Of a stretch of 64,000 nt of DNA, positions 18,317 to 25,953 are shown piece after piece. Position numbers and translations under genes: made by a program. A model generated the notes under the pieces. The model was not told the DNA's origin, did no database searches, and worked only from the letters and a program-made list of their open reading frames with translations. Location: assembly GCA_016928115.1 (NCBI GenBank), contig JAFGLI010000022.1, positions 560-64,559 on the forward strand, given 5' to 3'. Position 1 is the stretch's first letter; each line of letters opens with the position of its first letter. The DNA comes from Candidatus Woesearchaeota archaeon. Lineage in GTDB: Archaea; Nanobdellota; Nanobdellia; Woesearchaeales; UBA9642.

Positions 18317-18931
18317 ATGGAAAAAAACAGGAAATCGAACTCAGAATCAGCATATTTCGGATTTGTTCTTCTGATTATTATTATAATGGCATTTCTGTTC
18401 TTCACTGCGCTGGGCAAAGATATAGAAAGGTCAGAAAAAACAGGGGAAAGGAACATTGACAGCAATGAAGTAATGTCTCTGGCAGGAATAATAATATTAT
18501 CACTTTCTGTTTTTGTTTTGATAATTCTGGTTGTATTCAGGTTCAACAAAGAAACCATGCCCCTCATAGGAAAATCCGGATTTACTCATGTAACCGGGCA
18601 TAAAAGAGAGCACCATCCCTCAAATTATAACCTGCTGAAAAGCAGGGTTGCAAGATATATGAAGAAAAAACTATCCCGGGAAGAGATCGAGGAAAAGATG
18701 GAAAAAGATGGATGGGAAAGGATAATAACAGACCTGGCAATATATGACATAAAGACAAAAGGAAAGACAAAAGGAAAAGACCTTGAAGGGTTCATAAAAA
18801 AACACCTTGGCAAAGGGTTAAAGAGTTCAAGGATAAGAAGCATTTTAGTTAATGCAGGGTGGAGTTCAAAAGAGATAAACAAGGTTATAATAGAGATGCA
18901 TGAAAAAAGAGCAAAAAAGGGGCTGCGTTGA
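18317..18931 (+). CDS. Membrane protein with basic C-terminal domain (204 aa)
   Basis: Two TM helices followed by a K-rich soluble domain. Last codons and TGA stop lie inside repeat element copy 2. Confidence 0.45.
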   Translation: MEKNRKSNSESAYFGFVLLIIIIMAFLFFTALGKDIERSEKTGERNIDSNEVMSLAGIIILSLSVFVLIILVVFRFNKETMPLIGKSGFTHVTGHKREHHPSNYNLLKSRVARYMKKKLSREEIEEKMEKDGWERIITDLAIYDIKTKGKTKGKDLEGFIKKHLGKGLKSSRIRSILVNAGWSSKEINKVIIEMHEKRAKKGLR

Positions 18932-19113
18932 AAAAGTCCTACTACGCTTACCACAACCCCACACTAAACTATGGGAACATGGTAAGCTCCGTCTGGCCAT
19001 GCCATGATTGTCAAAAACAATCAATGACATTCACGGCACAGACGAACTTTTTCAACGCAGCCCAGAAACAATAATTTTTTAAACTTCTTTTTAATATTAT
19101 TAATAAATGAAAT
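18905..19113 (+). repeat. Repeat cassette copy 2
   Basis: Aligns to 3196..3384. The 3' flank 'attaataaatgaaat' (19099-19113) contains the pgk ATG at 19107. Confidence 0.6.
18920..19063 (+). ncRNA. Candidate structured RNA/DNA element, copy 2
   Basis: 17-bp perfect terminal stem: gggctgcgttgaaaaag (18920-18936) pairs with ctttttcaacgcagccc (19047-19063). Internal helices are identical to copy 1, with variable loops (cttt g vs ctaaac; ccaaaaaa vs tcaaaaa). Confidence 0.45.
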
Positions 19114-20267
19114 TCATTGATGAGATTGATTCTGAAAAATACATAAAAAACAAGAGAGTACTTCTCAGGGTTGACTTTAATGTCCCGATAGATTACAGGG
19201 GATTGATTGCTGATGACTCAAGGATTAAGGAAGCTCTGCCTACGATAAATTATATTCTGGGAAAAAAGCCCGGGCAGCTCATAATAATTTCCCATCTGGG
19301 AAGGCCTGGCGGTGAAAAGATTCAGAAATACGGAATGGAAAAAGTGGCCAAGGCTCTTGAAAAGATTATGAATAAAAGTGTTTATTTTGTTGATGACTGC
19401 TTAAAAGAAATTCCTGAAGATAAAAATATTGTTCTTCTTGAAAACCTGAGGTTTTACAAAGAGGAGGAAAATAATAATAAGGATTTTGCAAAGAAACTGG
19501 CTGAAAAAGCAGACCTGTATGTGAATGACGGCTTTGCTGTCTGCCACAGGAAACATGCTTCTGTCCATTCTGTGACTAAATTCATTCCGGGCACTGCAGG
19601 CCTGCTTGTGAAAAAGGAATTAACTGTCTTAAATGAAAAATGGGAAAATCCTGTTGTCATGATAATAGGAGGAAGCAAACTATCGACAAAACTCAGGCTG
19701 ATAAGGAATATAATAAACAAATATGACAATGTTTTGCTGGGCGGGGCAATGATATTCACTTTTTACCGGGCAATGAACATGGAAATCGGAAAAAGCTTGT
19801 GTGAAAATGAGTATTTAATGGATGCAAAGCTGATGAAAAACAACCCAAAGCTGATACTGCCCGGGGATGTTGTAATTTGCGAAGACAGTGAAGGAAAAGG
19901 TAATATTAAAACTGTTCCGGTTGAGAATATACCTGAAGGATGGATTGGTTTGGATTTAGGGGAAAAAACCATTAAGGATTACAGGAAAAAGCTGAAAAAC
20001 GCACAAACAGTAATATGGAACGGGCCTCTGGGAAAATTCGAGATTGAGAAATTCAATAACTCAAGTTTAAAGATTGCTGAATTTTTAGTTAAAAATAAGA
20101 AAAAAGTAATTATCGGCGGTGGGGACACTCTGAAAGCACTTGAAAAATACAAAAACAAATTTTATTATGCCTCAACAGGAGGAGGCTCTTTCCTGAGTTA
20201 TTTGTCCGGAGAAGAGATGCCTGCATTAAAAGCACTTGATGAGAATGAGGTTGAGTTCTTTCTTTGA
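19107..20267 (+). CDS. pgk: Phosphoglycerate kinase
   Basis: 'RVDFNVP', 'ISHLGRPGG' and the C-terminal 'GGGD' motif are typical of PGK. Confidence 0.9.
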   Translation: MKFIDEIDSEKYIKNKRVLLRVDFNVPIDYRGLIADDSRIKEALPTINYILGKKPGQLIIISHLGRPGGEKIQKYGMEKVAKALEKIMNKSVYFVDDCLKEIPEDKNIVLLENLRFYKEEENNNKDFAKKLAEKADLYVNDGFAVCHRKHASVHSVTKFIPGTAGLLVKKELTVLNEKWENPVVMIIGGSKLSTKLRLIRNIINKYDNVLLGGAMIFTFYRAMNMEIGKSLCENEYLMDAKLMKNNPKLILPGDVVICEDSEGKGNIKTVPVENIPEGWIGLDLGEKTIKDYRKKLKNAQTVIWNGPLGKFEIEKFNNSSLKIAEFLVKNKKKVIIGGGDTLKALEKYKNKFYYASTGGGSFLSYLSGEEMPALKALDENEVEFFL

Positions 20268-20270
20268 TGC

Positions 20271-21512
20271 TTATTCTTCCTTAATATTAACCTTAATTTC
20301 GGACAACTCATTCAGAATATTTTTTATTTTGTAGATGTTAAGCATGGGATTTATTGAATCATGCTTGTCTTTAGCATAATTAATTTCTTTTTCCTTGTCT
20401 TTTATCTCACCGTTTATCCTTGCGAGGTTTGCATCAAACTCCCTGATTTTCCAGAAGCTGCTGCTGGCTTTTATCTTCTGGCTTATCTTTTCTGAGCTGT
20501 TTTTTATTTCATTTAGTTCCTTCTGCAAGTCCTTTAATAATTCTGATGTTTTCCCAATCGCACTTATTGTCTTTTCCCTGTCTTTGTTCTTCAGGCTGAT
20601 TTTTCCTGTATCAATCTGTTTCTTTAAGTCATTGAGAACCTTTTTTATCTCAAGGTGTTTATCCTCTGATAATGCCTCGCCAGGATTTTCTATGTATTTA
20701 TTTACCAGTTTATCATTAATCGCATGATTGTATTTTTTAAGTGCTTTTTTTAGTTTTGAGAAATTCTTGCTTATCTGGTCATTTTTCTCTTTTAGTTCAT
20801 TATCTGTTTTTTCTTTTTCTTTTTCAAATTCCCCTAATGAACTGAAATCAGTTGTCTTTTTTAATTTATTCAGCTCTTTCTCTGTTTTTTCTTTCTTCTC
20901 TTTTATTTTGTTTATCTCATCCTTATGCTCATTTATTTCCTTTTCAATCTCTTTTCTTGAGCTTATCTCATCCTCTCTTTTTTTCAGCAATCCTTTTATT
21001 TCATCTATCTTATCAAGGTTTAAATCCTGTAAATTAGAGCTTATTCTTGTTACTATCTTTTCTATCTGGCTTAGTTTTTCAGCCACAAGATTAACCTCGT
21101 GCGCCATGAATTCCTTTAATATGAAATAATTCTTCTGGGTTTTTTCATTCAGTATGTCTATGCTTTCAAAAAATGTCTGGCAGAATTCCTCCAGCTCAGT
21201 ATATTTTTTTGTAGGGTTTAAAGAATGCAGGAAATTTTTTGTATATTCAATGTAATTCTTCCTGTTGCCTTCCATTATCTGAATGTGCCTTGAAGGTATG
21301 TTCTTGTTCTGAAGCTCTGTTGTTTCTAATTGCTCAAGTGCATTTAATGCGTCTTTTTTTAATTCTATTATTTGTTTTACTGCATGGTGCATGTCTATGT
21401 TTATGCTTTCTGACTTTTTGTATAATACATCATTAAGAAAATCCTCTATCTCACTAATCTTTATGGTTTTTTCTTCCTCTTTTTTAGGTTTTTTCCATCC
21501 AAATAATCCCAT
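20271..21512 (-). CDS. Long coiled-coil protein (start placed at internal Met 'MGLFGW' to avoid 5'-5' overlap with Rpp21)
   Basis: K/E-rich heptad repeats throughout. The ORF track's upstream start at 21602 overlaps the divergent Rpp21 gene. Confidence 0.45.
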   Translation of the reverse strand: MGLFGWKKPKKEEEKTIKISEIEDFLNDVLYKKSESINIDMHHAVKQIIELKKDALNALEQLETTELQNKNIPSRHIQIMEGNRKNYIEYTKNFLHSLNPTKKYTELEEFCQTFFESIDILNEKTQKNYFILKEFMAHEVNLVAEKLSQIEKIVTRISSNLQDLNLDKIDEIKGLLKKREDEISSRKEIEKEINEHKDEINKIKEKKEKTEKELNKLKKTTDFSSLGEFEKEKEKTDNELKEKNDQISKNFSKLKKALKKYNHAINDKLVNKYIENPGEALSEDKHLEIKKVLNDLKKQIDTGKISLKNKDREKTISAIGKTSELLKDLQKELNEIKNSSEKISQKIKASSSFWKIREFDANLARINGEIKDKEKEINYAKDKHDSINPMLNIYKIKNILNELSEIKVNIKEE

Positions 21513-21575
21513 TTTAAGCCCTTTATGATTAAAATATCCGTCATTTTTATATATTTTATTGTTTTTTAATACAAT

Positions 21576-21896
21576 ATGAACAAGAAAAGAATATTTAAGC
21601 AAAGGCAGGAAAAGAGGAAAAAGATTGCTGCTGAAAGAATAAAGGAATTGTTTAAGCAGGCTGATGAGGTTTTTGATGAAAGCCCTGAATTAAGCAATAA
21701 ATATGTTAATCTTGCAAGGAAAATGGCCATGAAATACAGGGTGAAGATTCCAACTAACTTAAAAAGAAGATTCTGCAAACATTGTTATAGTTATTTTAAA
21801 CAGGGAAAAACCTGCAGAGTAAGGTTAAATAAGGGGAAGATGGTTTATTATTGTTTAAACTGCAAAAAATATACAAGGATTCCTTATAAGAAATGA
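21576..21896 (+). CDS. rnp4: RNase P protein subunit Rpp21/Rpr2 (RNP4)
   Basis: N-terminal helical 'AAERIKELF...LARKMAMKYRVKIP' followed by a zinc ribbon CKHC...CLNC. Confidence 0.65.
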   Translation: MNKKRIFKQRQEKRKKIAAERIKELFKQADEVFDESPELSNKYVNLARKMAMKYRVKIPTNLKRRFCKHCYSYFKQGKTCRVRLNKGKMVYYCLNCKKYTRIPYKK

Positions 21897-21982
21897 TTTC
21901 TGGAAGTTTAATTGTTAAGAAAAATAATATTTACTATTCAGTAATAAAAAAACTTATAAATAATAAAATATTCTGACCATTT

Positions 21983-23362
21983 ATGAACAAAGAAAATAAA
22001 TCAATAAAAACAATTAACGAGAAGAGGGAATATGAAATATTATCTTCTATTGTAAATAATAATTTCCCAAAATATATAGTTGATATAGGATCTAATGATG
22101 GCATTAACTTATCTAATTCATTCCCTTTTGTTAAAGAAGGATGGCAGGCTTTATTAGTTGAAGCAAATCCTTTTGTCTTTGATAAATTAAAAGAAAACCT
22201 GAAAAATTATCAAAATGTTACTACTTTAAATTGTACATGCTCAAATAATAATGGATATGGTCATTTATATCTAGGAAATGATGGAGAACTGGGACTGCTC
22301 TCTAGTCTATGCACCGATTCAAACCCCTGGTTTGAATATGCAAGATCTGATAAAAAGGTTCAAGTTAAAGTTAAAAAATTAGAAAGTATTCTGGATGATG
22401 CTAAATTCCCTTCTGATTTCGGAATTCTCCTAGTTGATGCAGAAGGAATGGACTTTGAGGTTTTGGAAGGCTTAAATTTTGACAGATATAGGCCAGGCAT
22501 AATTGTTACAGAAGAATATCGTCATAATCTTACAAAACATAAAAAGAAATATCAACTATTAAAAAACAAAGGATATTTATTAAAACACAAAATAAAATGT
22601 AACACAATCTGGGTTAATAAAAAACACAGTAATTCAGATTCTATTTTCAAACATTTAAATGATATGGAAAGAATTCTTCAAAAATACTTGATTCCGAAAT
22701 CATCAAGTCTTATAAAATTCGAGGATATTAAAGGTCTGTTTAACCATAAAAAATATTCTGTTGAATTAATAAAAAAACCAAAATGGGAAGATGACGCATT
22801 GATATTCAAGATTGAACCACTAACCACTGAGTTAACTTATAAGTGGTCCGTAAAGATTCATGAAGATAAATATCCTTTAGCTTCACATGTATGTGATAAT
22901 GAAGAACTTTTAAACAGAATAATCTGCTCAGACAATGCTGCAGAGATAATAAATACTTCCTGTGTAAAAGGTAAAGATATGCAATTCAGGATAACAACAT
23001 ATGATTATTTGAAAGGTAAATCCTTAGACAGTTTATTACCAGATGCATCAGACGAGACTATATTAAAACTTCGTAATGGGCTAAAAAAATGCGTAGAATC
23101 TTTATTAAAATCCGGCGTTAATGTTTTTGTCAGGGACTTAAGCGATTTCATTGTTGTTCCCAAAGGGGATGAATATAAAGTGATTCTTACAGATTTTAAC
23201 GCAATTATGGACTGTTCCAACGCAAATAAATATAGTAGAGAAAAGGTTATGGAAATTATTGGTTGTATTATAAATAAACTCGTAACTGGGGAATATAAAC
23301 CTTTTATTTCACAGAGACCTACAATGATAGACCTTGAGAGTAAAAATGATTTCAGAATTTAG
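21983..23362 (+). CDS. FkbM-family SAM-dependent methyltransferase fused to a ~270-aa C-terminal domain of unknown function
   Basis: 'VDIGSNDG' and 'LLVDAEGMDFEVLEG' match Methyltransf_21 (FkbM) motifs. The C-terminal half has 'VRDLSDFIVV' and 'LTDFNAI', which are faintly kinase-like. Confidence 0.55.
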   Translation: MNKENKSIKTINEKREYEILSSIVNNNFPKYIVDIGSNDGINLSNSFPFVKEGWQALLVEANPFVFDKLKENLKNYQNVTTLNCTCSNNNGYGHLYLGNDGELGLLSSLCTDSNPWFEYARSDKKVQVKVKKLESILDDAKFPSDFGILLVDAEGMDFEVLEGLNFDRYRPGIIVTEEYRHNLTKHKKKYQLLKNKGYLLKHKIKCNTIWVNKKHSNSDSIFKHLNDMERILQKYLIPKSSSLIKFEDIKGLFNHKKYSVELIKKPKWEDDALIFKIEPLTTELTYKWSVKIHEDKYPLASHVCDNEELLNRIICSDNAAEIINTSCVKGKDMQFRITTYDYLKGKSLDSLLPDASDETILKLRNGLKKCVESLLKSGVNVFVRDLSDFIVVPKGDEYKVILTDFNAIMDCSNANKYSREKVMEIIGCIINKLVTGEYKPFISQRPTMIDLESKNDFRI

Positions 23363-23412
23363 AAAATTTAAAATTTCGAAGAATTTATATATCTTCTATT
23401 TTTAATCAATAT

Positions 23413-24216
23413 ATGAAACTAACAATTTTGGGCTCTGCAGGAAATATACCTATACCGAGGCCTTTTTGTAATTGCGAAATTTGTAAAAAAGCAAGAAAAC
23501 AGGGCGAGCCGTATAAGCGATGCCTTTCTTCATTGTTTATTGATGATATTAAAACACTGATTGACTGCCCTGAGGACATTGCAGAATCATTAACCAGAAG
23601 GAATGTAAAAGATGTTGATAATCTTTTCATAACACACTGGCATCCGGACCATTGCTTCGGCCTAAGGCTGATTGTTCAGGCACATTATGATTTCGCATTA
23701 GATAAGCCAAACAAACAGATTAATGTTTATATCCCGAAAAGGGTTTATAAAATATTGGAAGAGAAATATTTTGTCATAAAACATTTTTTAGAAGAGAAAA
23801 AGATGGGCAGACTGGTTTTAATTGAGCACGGCGATAAAATCAAATTTAATGATATTACAATAGAAGTTGCAGGCTATAACGGAAAGAATTCCACCCATTA
23901 TGCTTATTTGATAAAGGAGAAGGGAAAGAAGGTTTTATATGCACCGTGCGACACAATAGACTTAAAACAAACATTTACTGATTTGGATTTATTGATTAAT
24001 GAACAGGGCTATTTCTCCCCTGAAATAAAATGGGAAATCTCTTTTGGAAGCCTGATAAAACGATTGAATAAATGGAAGCCTGAAAAGACTATATTAACCC
24101 ATATCTCGGAAAATGAAATCAGAAGATTTGGATGGGAACATTTTGAGAAAATGCAGAAAAAATATCCTGATTTAAATATAGAATTCGCATATGACGGAAT
24201 GGTTATAAATATATAA
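23413..24216 (+). CDS. Metallo-beta-lactamase-fold hydrolase
   Basis: 'ITHWHPDHCFGL' H-x-H-x-D-H motif; N-terminal 'LGSAGNIP'. Confidence 0.65.
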   Translation: MKLTILGSAGNIPIPRPFCNCEICKKARKQGEPYKRCLSSLFIDDIKTLIDCPEDIAESLTRRNVKDVDNLFITHWHPDHCFGLRLIVQAHYDFALDKPNKQINVYIPKRVYKILEEKYFVIKHFLEEKKMGRLVLIEHGDKIKFNDITIEVAGYNGKNSTHYAYLIKEKGKKVLYAPCDTIDLKQTFTDLDLLINEQGYFSPEIKWEISFGSLIKRLNKWKPEKTILTHISENEIRRFGWEHFEKMQKKYPDLNIEFAYDGMVINI

Positions 24217-24298
24217 AATAGTTAAAATAATATATTTCTCACTTATTAGTAGTAAATAATCGAAACATTTATATATTAGTTTTGCCATATATAGTAAT

Positions 24299-25939
24299 AT
24301 GACAATAAATAATAATCTTGAGGATGAAGTCAAAGAAGGTTTTATGGGAAAAATAGGCAGGAAAGCAGGCAAAATTACGGGCTTCTTAGGTTTATTAACA
24401 GCTTTAAGTCCATTGGGTTTGAAAGCATATTCTATTAATGGCAATGTTAAAGATATTCATGAACACAAAAACATGGCAGATAGAGAGGTTGTAATCAAAG
24501 ATGTTAATGATCCTTCCAGAATAAAAACTGCTTATACAGATGCAAATGGTGATTTTTCTGTTGACTGGTCATTTAACCAGGCTCCTGTAGTTTATAATAT
24601 TTCTCCTGAAAATGGTGCAACAGGGGTTTCAACAAGTCCTGAATTAAAGGTTGTTGGAACAGATGGAGATGATGATCCTTTAAGCATAGAATTCTATAAA
24701 GCTTCAAATGACTCTTTAATAGGCTCGGATAATATTCAAAGCGGCGATACTGCTTCTATTGTGTGGAATAACTTAGATGAATCTACATTATATGAATGGT
24801 ATGTTAAAGCTGCAGATGGAGAAGATACAACCACAAGCAATAAATGTAATTTCACAACTGAATCTAGTGGAGGAATAACTGAGGAAGAGAAAAACAAGAT
24901 AGATATATTCGGAGAAGATAATATTTTAAAGGTTATTGGGGATTATGATGATAAATTTGAAGGAGACATTCTTGATGCTAATGGAAGGAAAGTCGGAGAA
25001 TTAGAAGAAATCATGGGCTCAGAATATGGCTTTTCTGTTTCAAAAGTTCCTCAGGGAGTTTACTTTATGATTTTAAAAAGAAATGGAGAGAATATTGCCC
25101 AAGTTAAGTTTTTAGATGTGGAAAATAAGGTTTTTGGAGTCAGCCCGAAATGGAATATTGAAGAAGATAATGTTTCTTCATCTGATTCATATAAAAAGGA
25201 AACTAACTCTTCAAATGAAAGAACAGAAAGTTTAAAATTAAGAAGTACTAAATTAGACAGTCTGGAATTCCTTATAAAAGGAGATTCAGGAACATGGGAA
25301 AGAGTTACATACAGAACAGCCAATCCTGATGAAACCAATAATTATGATTTTAGTGTTATAGATAAAACTATTTTTGACAGCACCATGATGGATTTTTATA
25401 ATGAAATTACTGGAAGGGGAACGGAATTTGGCACAGCAAGATGGGTTTTGGACACAATACAATATATGGTTGATACAACAGATATGTCACAGGCAATGAT
25501 TAATACTATTGTCTCAATAATTAATGATGAGGTTATTTATATGACTAACAACCAAATAACACCTGTAATTAATTTTACAAACACCCACCCTGAACACTAC
25601 TACGGCGCTGATACAATCAATATTTATGTAGATAATGATATACCTGGAATGGGAGAACATAGTGAAGAATCAATAGAAGGCTATGATAACAATGATTACA
25701 CACTGGAAACAGCTTATGTTAAATTAGTATGTGGTGACTATCTTTACAGGGGAGTAATCTTACAGGAAATACTTCAGACCTTAGGCTGGGTATGTGACTC
25801 TGACCTTGAAAACAGTGTTTTTAATGGAAGTTCTGCCTCACATTATTTAACAGAAGCAGATTCATTATCAAGAATTCTATATTTGAGAAATCCCAAAAAC
25901 ATATATCCGGATGAAGATTCCAAGCCAGAAGGATGGTAA
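24299..25939 (+). CDS. Secreted multidomain surface protein (546 aa; true start probably the internal Met at 24344 before the signal peptide)
   Basis: Signal-peptide-like 'MGKIGRKAGKITGFLGLLTALSPLGLKAYS'. Carboxypeptidase-regulatory-like domain 'VVIKDVNDPS...TDANGDFSV'. FN3/Ig-like segment. A beta-sandwich resembling T9SS-type sorting domains, 'GVYFMILKRNGENIAQVKFL', sits mid-protein. C-terminal ~250 aa are unknown. Confidence 0.5.
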   Translation: MTINNNLEDEVKEGFMGKIGRKAGKITGFLGLLTALSPLGLKAYSINGNVKDIHEHKNMADREVVIKDVNDPSRIKTAYTDANGDFSVDWSFNQAPVVYNISPENGATGVSTSPELKVVGTDGDDDPLSIEFYKASNDSLIGSDNIQSGDTASIVWNNLDESTLYEWYVKAADGEDTTTSNKCNFTTESSGGITEEEKNKIDIFGEDNILKVIGDYDDKFEGDILDANGRKVGELEEIMGSEYGFSVSKVPQGVYFMILKRNGENIAQVKFLDVENKVFGVSPKWNIEEDNVSSSDSYKKETNSSNERTESLKLRSTKLDSLEFLIKGDSGTWERVTYRTANPDETNNYDFSVIDKTIFDSTMMDFYNEITGRGTEFGTARWVLDTIQYMVDTTDMSQAMINTIVSIINDEVIYMTNNQITPVINFTNTHPEHYYGADTINIYVDNDIPGMGEHSEESIEGYDNNDYTLETAYVKLVCGDYLYRGVILQEILQTLGWVCDSDLENSVFNGSSASHYLTEADSLSRILYLRNPKNIYPDEDSKPEGW

Positions 25940-25953
25940 TCTAATTCTTATTT

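Noticed and set aside
3214-19063. Interpreting the two direct repeats as att sites of an integrated plasmid or virus
   Set aside because: The enclosed 15.7 kb holds core housekeeping genes (glyS, OFOR, ppsA, gap). There is no integrase and no compositional break.
20395-21129. Plus-strand ORFs inside the coiled-coil gene
   Set aside because: They are the complement of a K/E-rich coiled-coil coding sequence, which gives F/S/L repeats. Not credible.
21576-21602. ORF-track start of the coiled-coil gene at 21602 overlapping the Rpp21 start
   Set aside because: A 5'-5' overlap of divergent genes is implausible. The internal Met (MGLFGW, 21512) is preferred as the start.
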